In this document: positions 11,660 through 24,626 of the stretch, piece after piece
Layout: the number at the start of each line of letters is the position of its first letter
Position numbering within the stretch: the first letter of the stretch is position 1
NCBI RefSeq assembly: GCF_006345805.1
Contig: NC_043017.1
Coordinates: 33,046,001-33,110,000 of the forward strand
Direction of reading: 5' to 3'
Origin: Octopus sinensis
Taxonomy: Eukaryota
Length of the DNA: 64,000 nt
Program-made: the position numbers and the translations under genes
The notes under the pieces: generated by a model
The model's database searches: none
What the model saw: only the letters and a program-made list of their open reading frames with translations
What the model was told of the DNA's origin: nothing

Positions 11660-12700
11660 TATCATTATTATGAGTTTTACTTCTTTCAATTTTGTTTCCA
11701 TTTCTTGTCCGGAGTCTTTCTGATACCCAGGGCTAAGAAATTCACACTATTCATTGATGGACTGTTAAAACTAGCACATTAGATTGTTCCTTTATAAAAC
11801 CAAATAACGTTATTTAGAAAAATATTATTTACATGGTTGGTAATCGTTCTCCCAGCGATAGTGTGAGTACCAGTTAAAACATTATATTCTCAAATAATTT
11901 TCAGTTTCTCTTTTAAACATTCGTAGTGTTTCTACAATCATCGGTATTGTAACCGCCTTGAGTTACCACATCTTTTTGATCGAGTCAATAAGCTTTGATC
12001 TTGAGCAGCTAAGATGACGCCTTCGCTCTCTGCCTTTAGCCCTGAGCTTCATAGCTACTGATGAGTGTGCTTCTAATCAACGGCAGCTTGTTTGCTCCGG
12101 GCCACAAATTTGCCACGCAAAGGTTTCTCCTCCCACCTATCAGCCAACTGTTCATGCAATTTTTTTTCTTTGTCATTAATGTTATTTCCTTTGTAACTAC
12201 AGTTGCTATTCTTCCTCCAACTGTTCAGCCTGGGAATCATTCATGAAATTAACAGCAAATTGTTTGTTCTCCTTCAAGATAGAATTAAGAATTATTTATC
12301 TCTCGTGATTTGAATAATGTCATATTTGTTTCAAGATATTTGGCCAGTCGAATAGTGGTGGTTTCGTAAGGAAGTTCAGACTAGATCAAGTCTCGACCTC
12401 CTTTGGCTCTCGGATGTAAAAACAATCCATATCTGCATTTGAGTGGTGCAGAAATTTTCTATCAATTTTCTTTATTTCACCAATATTCCTATTCAATACA
12501 TTGAAGCTCTAAGTAGCAACTGGAACGTCAAAGGAATTAATGCATAACACCTTGTTACATGCAATTAGTTCAGATTCCAGAACTGCTCAAACTCTCGTAT
12601 ATCATTCCTTCCTGATCTTCTCTTTCATGCTTATTCCGAGGTACTTACAGGTTTGTTCTCACTCAAGTTCTTTTATAACTACGTGAACATCTAACACAAA
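11660..12700 (-). pseudogene. R4/Dong-type RLE non-LTR retrotransposon fragment with internal deletion
   Basis: Minus-strand frames give KYLG..MKEKIRKE..VLESEL, RWEEKPLRGKF, SSGLKAESEGVILAAQDQSLLTR, then a jump to MW.LKAVTIPMIV (RLE end) and a 3' UTR. Confidence 0.75.
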
Positions 12701-12779
12701 TGAATTTGAGCTTTTCAATTTCTATTTCTGGAAAGAGGCGTTGGCACACTTATCAAGACCAAACTACACCCCAATGTCA

Positions 12780-12948
12780 ACTCACAACGGCCACACTCAA
12801 ATGGTGTTCTTTACGTGCCACCTGCACAGGTGTCAGTCCAGCGGCACTGGCAACGACCTCGCTCGAAGTTTTGTTCCCGTGCCAGTAAGACGCCACTAGT
12901 AATGATCACGCTCAAATGGTGCTTTTTACATGCCACCAGCACGGAAGC

Positions 12949-12982
<34 letters not shown>

Positions 12983-12993
12983 GTATATATGTA

Positions 12994-13043
<50 letters not shown>

Positions 13044-13500
13044 CATGTACCAGTTACGTAACACTGGCATTGGCCATGACTTCGATCTCACTTGGCTTGA
13101 CAGGTCTTCTCAAGCACAGTATATTGCCAAAGGTCTCGGTCACTTGTCACTGCCTCTGTGAGGTCCAACGTTTGAATGGTCCATCTTACATGCCACCAGC
13201 ACGGTTGCCAGTTACACAACACTTGCATCGACCACGACTACAATTTCACTTGGCTTCATGAGTCTTCTCAAGCATGGCACATCGCCAAAGGTCTTAGTCT
13301 CTTGTCATTGCCTCCATGAGGCCCAGTGTTTGAAGATGATGCTTCACCACCTCATCCCATGTCTTCCTGGGTCTACTTCTTCCACACGTTCCCTCCATCG
13401 CTAGAGTTGAGAACTTCTTCACACAGCTTTCCTCGTCCATACACAGCGCATAACCATAGCAGCAGTCATCTCTCTTGCACACATCTTATACCTCTTTTGC
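12780..13500 (-). mobile_element. RTE-type LINE 3' fragment with repeated tail segments
   Basis: MDEESCVKK...EGTCGRSRPRKTWDEVVKHHLQTLGLMEAMTRD is the RTE RT C-terminal motif. Confidence 0.75.
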
Positions 13501-13941
13501 CCAACATATCTTTCAAGATGCTTACATATGTATAGGCACAATTATTTCACCTCAGTTAGCCCCACTCTTTTTAACATTACACCAAAACACATTAAAGTAG
13601 AGACAGACCCATAAAGTTCAAATTGCCTTTCGACAAATTCCTTAACAAAAATCCCAGATAAACCTCGTATACCCGATATAGCTCTCTAAACAATAACTCT
13701 CTACTTGAGTGGGCCGTGCTGTCCGATTCCTGATTTGAATGACTTTGCCAGGTGGGGTTATTAAGTTAGACATGGCCGAAACCCATCAAAGTATATATAT
13801 ATATATAAGTTCAGCAAACAATTTAGATTCAAATGAATATGATACTTAATTTAGATGCACCAGGATTTTTTTATGGTATTACCAATAAAAATATGCGGGG
13901 TGATTATAATAAAAAATAAGCAACAAGAATGGATCCGGTAA

Positions 13942-14030
13942 TTTAGTACAATTGTTTCATACTATAACATTTTATTAAAAGGTGTAAATATTACAGCAGT
14001 TATAATATGTCGAGTAATCTTCAGCTAATT
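13942..14030 (-). ncRNA. Type I hammerhead ribozyme, long stem II, U.U at stem II base
   Basis: Minus strand ttag-CTGAAGA-T-TACT...AGTA-T-GAAA-CAATTG-TA-ctaa. Confidence 0.72.
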
Positions 14031-15062
14031 TTGTATAGGTTTTCCAATAATATAAAGTTCTCAAATCAATTAGTAACATCTTAGGGAAGGTAAATATACG
14101 GATAAAGATGTAGATATGAATCTCAGGAACATGAGGTAGTATAGTTAGGATGCCAACCAGACCAAAATTAAGTTCACAACTAACTGTTGTAAGAAAAATT
14201 TCCTTAGTTATAAGAATGGGGGTAAGGGCAGGTTAAGAAATCAAGTTAGTTGAAGAAAAGAAGGTGAAAATTTAGGAGATGTAAAAGACAAACAGATTGT
14301 CACTAGAACAAAGGGTCGAAATATTTATGTGGTGACAGAAGATTTAGGTCAGTGTGGAAGGAACACTAAGTTCTTAGGAGACTGTGAAGCTGACCAGACC
14401 TTACTTTCAACCGAAAGCCATCAGAATTTTTAGTAGGAATTTAGGGAAGGGGATATAAAGGAAAGCTGTAAAAGGGGTTTAAGTTAGTTGCAAAGAAAAT
14501 ACATTAAGGAAATGAAGGTTATTACTAGAACAGAAAGCTATTTATATTTATGTGGTGAGAAAAAATCTAGGTCAATGTCCAGAGGTCAATTAAATTATTT
14601 TACAAAGGGTAGGGGAACAAAACGTCATCTAATTTATAGTAGATAACTAATTTTATAACATGGGGAATAGTATTAAATGTTATAATTAGAATAGAATTGG
14701 GAAAATGTGCAATTTCATGATTACAGTAAGGTTAATTTAGTTGACTATAAAAGTAAATTAGAGGTTCGTATAGTATTATTATTATATTAAAAAGATACAG
14801 TTAGAAAAAGTAGGAAAACCTTAAAATTTCTATTTAAAATATTTGAACGTTCTAATTGTTGAATGAATGCAAGACAGACCTAACTCTAGACGATTATTTA
14901 GTAGATTTTTATTACTTCGATACTTTAAAATTTCATAGGTTTCCATAGAACAGAGTTGGCAGCCTACTCTATTATTTCTATAATGTTTTGCCCTCCTAAC
15001 TATAACCTATTTTAGGTTGTATTCTATATTATTAGTTTATATTATTGGAAAACCTATATAAA

Positions 15063-15150
15063 ATTAGCTGAAGATTACTCGACATATTATATCTGCTGTA
15101 ATATTTACAGCTTTTAATAAAATATTATAGTATGAAACAATTGTACTAAA
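15063..15150 (+). ncRNA. Type I hammerhead ribozyme, long stem II, U.U at stem II base
   Basis: ttag-CTGAAGA-T-TACT...AGTA-T-GAAA-CAATTG-TA-ctaa; predicted cut after 15145. Confidence 0.72.
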
Positions 15151-15315
15151 TTACCGGATCCATTCTTGTTGCTTATTTTTGATTATATATATATATATAT
15201 TATATGTGTGTGGTGTGTGTGTGTGTGTGTGTGTGTATGCATGCATATACGTATATATATATATATACACATGTGTATATGCATACATACACATATATAT
15301 AAATATATATATACA

Positions 15316-15354
<39 letters not shown>

Positions 15355-15414
15355 TATATAATAAATATATATATATATATAAATATATATGTATATGCAT
15401 ATATATATATATAT

Positions 15415-15935
15415 CAGTAATAACAAAGGGTAAAATTAATTATTAAAAAGTAATCAATAATTTCACCAAGTACAGTTCGGCATGAAAAAAGGACCATTTT
15501 ATGGTAAACTTAAGTAATACTAAATAATTAGGGTTCAGCAAAGATTTGCTTTATCACATACCGAAGCTTAGAAATAGCAGCCAAAAAACGTTAGCTATTT
15601 CTACTTAAAAAGGGACTCCCAGAAAAACCAGAATACTTGAAAACAATCCACACGGGCAGAGAGGAAGAAGTAACGAAAATCAATCAATATCTGGTTACCT
15701 GTAGACATGCGTCCACAGGTAACCAGATATTCATTGATTGACGCATGTCCATAGGTAACTAGATATTGATTGTTTTCGTACTTCTTCTCTCTGCCCGTGT
15801 GGATTGTTTTCAAGTATTCTGGTTTTTCTGGGCGTCCCTTTTTAAGTAGAAGAAATAGCTAACGTTTTTTGGCTGCTATTTCTAAGCTTCGGTATGTGAT
15901 AAAGCAAATCTTTGCTGAACCCTAATTATTTAGTA
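15415..15935. mobile_element. Fold-back element in (TA)n: 196-bp arms, rearranged centre, ~100-bp one-sided extension
   Basis: Arms 15518-15713 and 15740-15935 are near-perfect reverse complements. Confidence 0.85.
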
Positions 15936-15995
15936 TATATATATAAATATAAATATATACATATGTATGTATGTATATATACATACATACATATG

Positions 15996-16028
<33 letters not shown>

Positions 16029-16609
16029 ATATACGTACATATGTATGTGTTTTTGTGTGTGTGTGTGTATACCTATATAAATCTTTTTATGACAACTGAG
16101 ATTATGCAGAGAAATCTGAAGATTTTAAGAACATGAATACTATTTTAGTCTTGATTATCTTACATGGAAACATTTGTTTTTGCAAGGAAATTTTTCTATA
16201 TATTTATATTGTCATTTCAAAATTTATCTATCTATTCATGTCTTTATTTAGAATTTGTATTTCTTTCTTATGACATATTGTTCTTTGCATTCATTTTCAT
16301 TTATGTTTTGGGGTATTGTTCTATTCTGTTGTCAACAGACAAACAAAACTGAATTTGAGTTCTAAGACATTTTTTGTGTATAAAGAATTCAATTTATGTC
16401 AGTTATGTGGTTAGATATTAAAATTTGTTGAATTTCTAGAATTTTAGCACACTTAGAATTTTGTACACTGTTTTATTTTGATGAAAATGTTATATGTTGC
16501 AAATTTTTAGGTAAAATGTAAGTTGTAAGAATGAGTGTTTAGGGCACCAATCATGACACTTATACAGTTTGCTTGACCTGCTAGAAATGGTAATAGCTTT
16601 CCCCTATAT

Positions 16610-16842
16610 CTATTTCTTTACTACCCACAAGGGGCTAAACACAGAGACGACTAATAAGGACAGAAAAACGGATTAAATCTATTATATCGACCCCAGTGGG
16701 TAACTGGTACTTAATTTATCGACCCCGAAAGGATGAAAAGCAAAGTCAACTCCGGCGGAATTTGAACTCAGAACGTAGCGGCAGACGAAATACGGCTACG
16801 CATTTCGCCGGGCGTGCTAACGTTTCTGCCAGCTCGCTGCCT
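16610..16842 (-). mobile_element. SINE family A, single unit
   Basis: Matches 785-1016. Confidence 0.88.
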
Positions 16843-17429
16843 TTCCCCTATATCTCACTCAACCCTTTTAAAATTTTAACTGTGAATTAAAATTTCATGG
16901 TAATTCCTGTAATGATGTTCAATATCTACCAAACATTAGAATTGGTATGATCTTCACTGTAATGTTGTTTTAACATGTTTCTACATTTGATATGTTTCTA
17001 CAAATGGTAGTTTTAAGCATGAAATTCCATAACAAAAGATAGAACGGTATATGAAACTGCTTTCTGCCGGTAAGGATAATGGTATTTTCAATAGATATGT
17101 CTGATTTCAAAGGCACTTTACATAATGTAGTTATAGATATTCCTAAACAGACATGGTGGATCTAGAACTTCTGGATTACACCAGTGGCATGGAGAAGGGA
17201 GGCTGGTATGCATGAGTGACTGCTGCCCTTCCATAAGCAACTTTGCCTGGGATTTTGCCCCAAAGGGAGCTGTTTAGATGCAATCCCATGCTCGTTTATG
17301 ACTGAAATAGGTCTTTACCCTTACTCTTTAGAGAGAGTGTGATTGAATCTAGGACTTCATGGTTGTGAAGCAAATTACTCGACCATTTTGTTGTATCATG
17401 TCATTTGTTATGCATATTACCATATTGCA

Positions 17430-17550
17430 TTCCCAGGACGACATGGGATGAAGTGGTGAAAGCTGACCTCAGAACCCTGAGCCTGCCAGCTAAGATCATA
17501 AAGGATTAAAATCTCTGGAGATATGAGGTTCTCAAAATGACTTGTCATCC
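17430..17550 (+). mobile_element. RTE-type LINE 3' coding remnant
   Basis: TWDEVVKADLRTLSL...WRYEVLKMT matches the motif at 13294-13482. Confidence 0.6.
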
Positions 17551-18069
17551 TCAGCAAAACTGTGCCCTGGTAGTACTATGTTTTGGGCCCACATCTGTTA
17601 CAGTGACTCCCCATCCTACCTTATACATTATAATTGCCTCTTCTTGCTCACCTTCTCTTGCCCCCTCTATCCCTGACAGCAACTATATCCTCTTTACTCT
17701 TCCTACAACTCACCTCCAAAACCCCTTTATCTTCTCCCAGCTCTTGTGTCATTCACCCTTCAACCCTATCCTTTTTGGACAGACTGCTTCCCCACCGCTC
17801 CTTTACCTTCCCATACTCTCTTACAACCACCAAACCACACACTTCTACGCAGTTTGTGCTTTGTGGGGTCAACTGGGCTTCTTATTGCCCTTATCGATGT
17901 CTTGTAGCGCTTATCAATCATTTTCTCTTTCACTCCCCATTACTTGCCCCTACTAGATGCGTGTAGCCATGCAGATCTCTCTGCAGGAACCTGCTCTGAC
18001 CCCACTGTCATAGTAAGCCCCTATCCCCTAGCATAAAGATTGAATCCTCTCAACTCCACTGCATGATGA

Positions 18070-18240
18070 CCTTAATAGTACAGGGGGCACAATAAAAGCA
18101 CCCAATCTACGCTGTAAAGTGGTTGGCATTAGAAAGGGCCCCCAGCAGTAAAAACCATGCCAAAACAGATATTGGAACTTGATGCAGTCCTTGGACACAT
18201 CGGACCCTGTCAAACTGTGCAACCCATTCTGGAGTAGAAT
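18070..18240 (+). mobile_element. Decayed RTE-type tail
   Basis: gtggttggcattagaaagggc...aaaaccatgccaaaacaga; similar to 9170-9335. Confidence 0.55.
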
Positions 18241-19099
18241 ATAGAGCATGAATTTATCTCCCCACTAGCAATATGTAGAAGAGAGCGAATTTTTCACCAA
18301 AAGCCGATGTGAGAGTTCTCTTGTGATATCAACTGCAGTATAGTTTGTTCTAACAGAATGGCCATGTTCGAACAGAACATTCAGAGATGGTGAAGGGAGA
18401 GAAGATAGGGGAGGGGAAACAAGAGAGGAGAGATAAGAGAAAGAGAGATAGGGAGGGGAGATAGGAGAGGGGAGGGGGAGGTGGTGGTGACAGGAATGCG
18501 TAATTTACTTTTGAACTAAGTTTTTTTCCCCTCCGTTACTTAGCCAGTCTGTAACACTTTCACATTATTAGCTGAAGGGAAAGACGAAATGAGAAAGAAA
18601 AAGGAGAGAGAGGAAAAGAGAGTAAGGCGAAGAGTGAGAGAGCGACAGGGAGAGTGCATAAAATTGTGCATAAAATGTATAAAATGAAGTTTTCATTGAC
18701 TAGCAGATGAGCGATTGTCTTTCCATACAAACACAACACATGCTACACCTTTTGGTTTTTGGGATAAAGCTTTCAGAAATAACCCAATAAGTTTACCATT
18801 AATTCCATAAAATGTCCGTAAGTTCCACTAGTGTATCTGAATTTGGCACAGTTTCCATCAACCAAACCTTACTACCAAGTTACTGGTCATCAAATAAAGA
18901 ATTCAATTATACAAAGATAAGATTAATGAAACTGATGAGAAATTAATGAAGACAATGTTAATTTTTATAAATGAAAAGTGAAAGAAATTTGCGAAGTAAG
19001 ATTAGATTCAAGTTTGGCTGTAATGATGAGGGAATTACAGTAAAAGAAAAGGTTAGTTATGATAATGATAAAAGAAAGGAAAAAAAAAGGATTAGAGTG

Positions 19100-19113
19100 A
19101 TGGTACCTATGAA

Positions 19114-19156
<43 letters not shown>

Positions 19157-19302
19157 TTGATATTAGTGTTTATGGTGGTGAGGATGATCGTGTTAATGAG
19201 AAATGAGAAAGAAAGAATTTATGGAAAAGCAAATCAAGACAGATAATGATGATGACGGAAATAGTGTAAGGAAAAGAATTGGTAATGATGGTGATGGTGC
19301 TG

Positions 19303-19336
<34 letters not shown>

Positions 19337-19480
19337 CAACGATGATTGTGGTGGTGGTGGTGGTGATGCTGGTGGTTGTGGTGGTGATGTTGATGATTAT
19401 GGCGGTGCTGGTGGTTGTCGTCATGGTGGTGGTTGTGTTGGGGATGATGATGGTGATGACTAGAATGATGATGACTAAAT

Positions 19481-19525
<45 letters not shown>

Positions 19526-20018
19526 CACCACTGATTGTGGTGGTGGTGATGTTGATGATTATGGTGGTGGTGGTGGTGGTGGTGGTTGCGTTGGTGGTGA
19601 TGATGATGATGACCAGAATGATGATGACTAAATTGACGATGATGAAGAAGAGGATGAAGGAAATGTGCAAGAAGAAATGTCTGAGAAACGAAAAGAAAAA
19701 TTTTTAAGAAAACAACGAAAAATTTAATAAAATAGAAGAAAATAAGGATAAAGGAAAAAAAAACTTAATAGATAAAAAAATTTATTCTAATGTATCAGAT
19801 ATAATTGGACCAGTTTTTTTAGGATAAAAAGAAGCAAAAATAAAGAGGAGGGGGAAAAAAAGGAAAAAAGGAAAATTGATAAATACAAGCAACAAAGAAT
19901 ATAGAAAGGCAATTATTTTCTCTCTGACAAGCAAAAATATATAGCAGAAAAGACATTGAAAATAAACTGGGTAACTAAATGATATGGTGTTAGGAATAAT
20001 AATAATAATAATATAATA

Positions 20019-20060
<42 letters not shown>

Positions 20061-20105
20061 TGATAATGATAATATAATAATGATAATAATAATAATAATA
20101 ATAAT

Positions 20106-20137
<32 letters not shown>

Positions 20138-20636
20138 ATTATTATTTATTATTATTATTATTATTATTAATATCATTATCATTATTATTATTATTGGTGA
20201 TAGTGGTGGTGGTGGTGGTGGTGGTGATGATAGCGGTGATGGTGATGATGGTGATGCTGCTGCTGCTGCTGCTGCTGGTAATAATAGTGATGATGATGAT
20301 GATGACGAAGACAACATCAATGATGATAGTAATAGTAATAGTAATAGTTATAATAAATGATGAATACGATGATGATGATGATGATGATGACGACGATGAT
20401 GATGATGATGATGATGATGATAATTGGTACTACTACTACTGCTGCTGTTACTACTAATAATAGTGAGAAGTGAGGGAAAATAGCTACAAACATGTTTGTT
20501 CATTTGAGAGTAAAAAGTCCAATTTCTGCGTACTAATTGATTTCTCATGAATATGGTTATTTTTGTTTGGGGATCACTTATAGATTGTTAACGAAGTGAA
20601 ATAGAGAGAAATCAAGGTGAAGAGGGAGATAATGAG

Positions 20637-20668
<32 letters not shown>

Positions 20669-20777
20669 TAAGAAAAGGCAGAAAGACTTGAAGAAAGAAA
20701 GATGAAGATGTAGCAGAAGAATGAAGAAGAATTGCAGAGGGGAATCTGTATACATTTACCTGAGTCTATAATTTTTC

Positions 20778-20825
<48 letters not shown>

Positions 20826-20850
20826 ATGGTGTTAGGAATAATAATTATTA

Positions 20851-20905
<55 letters not shown>

Positions 20906-21113
20906 GTGAGTGTGTTTTAGTGTTTTCATGAAGGTACGCATGTATGTATGCATGTGTGTATGTATGTATGTATGGTATGTATGTATGTATGTATGTGTGT
21001 ATGTGTGTATGTATGTATGTATGTATGTATGTATGTGTGTGTGTATGTATGTAGGTCTCATTCGCAAAACTTCCGAATTCAAAACATGAAATTTTAAATA
21101 ACGCAAATGACAA

Positions 21114-21173
<60 letters not shown>

Positions 21174-21290
21174 GCTACCACTACTACTGCTGCTGCTACT
21201 ACTACTACTACCATAGTAGCAGCAACAGCTGTATTTATATGGTAGTAGTAGTAGCAGCAGCAGCAGCGATAAAAATATTAAAATTTTTAT
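19100..21290. repeat. Trinucleotide/tetranucleotide microsatellite field: (GAT)n, (GGT)n, (AAT)n, (CTA)n, (TATG)n
   Basis: Directly visible; source of the poly-M/D/I/Y/V ORFs. Confidence 0.95.
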
Positions 21291-21629
21291 AATAATTGAT
21301 AAGTAGCTCCCTTCTAAAATGATACTTTGTAAACATGGCTTTACTTTTCCAAAAATACGGAACCTCAAAATAAGACATGATCAGCTTAAGTTGGGTCCTC
21401 TTTCTTTTTCCCCCAGTTTTAATTGATTCTTGCATCTTCTTATATTCATAGAAACATTTTTTTTTCTCTTTTTATGTCTATAATTTGCTCTCTCTGCTGC
21501 GACTCCAACGAAAATAACTGATTTTTATAAGTTATACGCAAAAAGAGCAACAAGCGTTGAGTTATCAAAATAACTTAAGTGATTAACTATTTTCACATGA
21601 ACGTCAGTTTATTTCATTTTCTTGCATAT

Positions 21630-21680
21630 TTCCTTTCATCTATATATGTTATATATATATATATGTGTGTATATATATGC

Positions 21681-21713
<33 letters not shown>

Positions 21714-21715
21714 CT

Positions 21716-21768
<53 letters not shown>

Positions 21769-21790
21769 ATATATGTATATATATATATGT

Positions 21791-21849
<59 letters not shown>

Positions 21850-21886
21850 ATATTATATATATATATAGTATATATATATATATATC

Positions 21887-21919
<33 letters not shown>

Positions 21920-21980
21920 TATATCTATTATATATATATATATAATATATTATATATATATATTATATATATATATATAT

Positions 21981-22013
<33 letters not shown>

Positions 22014-22706
22014 GAAAGAGGTAATGAATCTTATGCGAATGTATTTAAATATAGCGTTGTTTTTTTTTTATTTTTGTTTTTGGTATCATTCATTTTTTTT
22101 TGTGTTTTTTTGTCTTTGTTTTGCTTAAATTAAAAATACAGCAAAGAAATTTAAATAAAAGAAACTGAAATAGATATTTTAAGGAAAGAATGATGAAAAG
22201 GAAAGCAAAATGTTAAATGTTGTAGTATAAATATGCTTACGTACTTTATTCACCAGAAAACATCATATATATATATACATATACACAATATATATGTATA
22301 TATATAATATATATATATATTATATATATATGTATGTATGTAGGAATATGAATATATATATGCATACGGATTACACATTTATTATATATATGTATGTATG
22401 TATATATGAATATATATATATGCATACGGATATACACATACTTATGCATATATATATATATACACATATATACAAACATAAATAAATAGATATATGTATG
22501 TATATATGTGTGTCTATATTTATCTATATATCTGTACATCTGTGTGTGTGTGTGTGTGTGTATGTTTATTCAAAAAAGTAATATTCAAGTGCTATTTTTT
22601 GTAAATTCAAGGAATAAATTTGAATACATATGTACATGCACACACACACACACACATGTATATTGTATTTATTCATTTATTATGTGTGTGTGTGTGTGTG
22701 TGTGTG

Positions 22707-22757
<51 letters not shown>

Positions 22758-22760
22758 TGT
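21630..22760. repeat. (TA)n and (TG)n fields
   Basis: Directly visible. Confidence 0.95.
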
Positions 22761-23129
22761 CAGCGTGCATATGTATGTATTCATTTAAATATCTTGTATT
22801 GAAATTAGATAGCTTTGATTGGATACTGATTTTAAAAATAATATCTTTCACGTGTTTCTCATTACACACATGTGTGCTCATATATTTGATACATAATTTC
22901 ATACGTGTACATCAATGAAGAATACACCTTGATAGCCATATACACATTAGTTGCCATATCAACGTGCTGGAATCAATCTTGTAAACCAAGAATGGTAAAT
23001 GCACGACAAAATATTTACCATAACTAAATTCTTTAACTCCATGATATGAATATTAAAACCAATCACCGTTGAGCAAACAGGGTTTGTGTGTTGAACATAC
23101 ATAATGTTGATGGTAATACTGTTAAGCTA

Positions 23130-24290
23130 GGTAAAAGCTGGTAGGGTTGTTAGAACACACAGCAAAATGCTTAGTGGTATTTCATCAGTCTTCACATTCA
23201 AAGTTCAAATTCTGTCGAGATTGACTTTGCCATTCATTCTTTTGGGCAGAATCATTAGCACGCTGGGCGGAATGCTTAGCGGTATTTTGTCTGCCGCTAC
23301 GTTCTGAGTTCAAATTCCGCCGATGTCGACTTTGCCTTTTATCCTTTCGGGGGTCGATTAAATAAGTACCAGTTACGCACTGGGGTCGATACAAGCGACT
23401 TAATCCGTTTGTCTGTCCTTGTTTGTCCTCTCTGCGTTTAGCTCCTTGTGGGTAGTAAAGAAATAGGTATTTCGTTTGCCGCTACGTTCTGAGTTCAAAT
23501 TCCACCGAGGTCGACTTTGCCTTTTATCCTTTCGGGGGTCGATTAAATAAGTACCAGTTACGCACTGGGGTCGATACAAGCGACTTAATCCGTTTGTCTG
23601 TTCTTGTTTGTCCTCTCTGTGTTTAGCCCCTTGGGGGTAATAAAGAAATAGGTATTTCGTCTGCCGCTACGTTCTGAGTTCAAATTCCGCCGAGGTCGAC
23701 TTTGCCCTTTATCCTTTCGGGGGTCGATTAAATAAGTACCAGTTACGCACTGGGGTCGATGTAATCGACTTAATCCGTTTATCTGTCCTTGTTTGTCCTC
23801 TCTGTGTTTAGCTCCTTGTGGGTAGTAAAGAAATAGGTATTTTGTCTGCCGCTACGTTCTGAGTTCAAATTCCGCCGATGTCGACTTTGCCTTTTATCCT
23901 TTCGGGGTCGATTAAATTAGTACCTGTTACGCACTGGGGTCGATATAATCAACTTAATCCGTTTGTGTTTCCTTGTTTGTCCTCTCTGTGTTTAGCCCCT
24001 TGTGGGTAGTAAAGAAATAGGTATTTCGTCTGCCGCTAAGTTCTGAGTTCAAATTCCGTCGAGGTCGACTTTGCCTTTCATCCTTTCGGGGTCGATTGAA
24101 TAAGTACCAGTTATGCACTGGGGTCGATATAATCAACTTAATCCGTTTGTCTGTCCTTGTTTGTCCTCTCTGTGTTTAGCCCCTTGTGGGTAATAAAGAA
24201 ATAAGTATTGATAAATGAAGTACCAGTTGAGCACTGGGTTTGATGTAATCATGTAATCAACTTACTCTCTTCCTCGAAAGATCTGGCATT
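23130..24290 (+). mobile_element. SINE family A five-unit tandem array nested in an older family A copy
   Basis: Units start at about 23281, 23467, 23652, 23837 and 24021 (~185 bp each); decayed head before and decayed core and tail after. Confidence 0.9.
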
Positions 24291-24324
24291 GGGCCAAAAG
24301 TGGAACTCAGTACTGTTTAGTTAG

Positions 24325-24460
24325 GTAAGGTAGCAAGCTGGCAGAATTGTTAGCATAACGAATGAATTGCTTAGCAGTATTTCATCTGTCTTTATGTTCT
24401 GAGTTCAAATCCAACTGAGGTCAACTTTGCCTTTCATTCTTTCAGAGTCAATAAATAGCC
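24325..24460 (+). mobile_element. Decayed SINE family A head
   Basis: gcaagctggcagaattgttagca...ttctgagttcaaatccaactgaggtcaactttgcctttcat. Confidence 0.75.
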
Positions 24461-24626
24461 TTGCGCTAAAATTTGAAAATGAATATGGTTTCGTTAGGTA
24501 TCAATGAGATCGTGGAATAGGCTACAATGGTTTTAATTCTCTCTAATTCAGGTAAGCGAGGCATCTCACATCAGGTCCCTTCTCAGAGCAACATACATCA
24601 TGTTTCTTCATTTATGTATATATCTT

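Larger units (their letters stand above)
13806..15185. mobile_element. Fold-back Penelope-like non-autonomous element (family H1, long form) in (TA)n
   Basis: Inverted arms ~13905-14055 and ~15035-15185, one carrying a ~100-bp extra tail; homologous to 27421-28101. Confidence 0.8.

Noticed and set aside
16105-16145. CTGAAGA...GAATAC as a hammerhead
   Set aside because: GAAA is absent and stem I cannot pair.
23281-24205. 185-bp tandem array as CRISPR-like or satellite DNA
   Set aside because: The units are SINE bodies, with no repeat-spacer structure.
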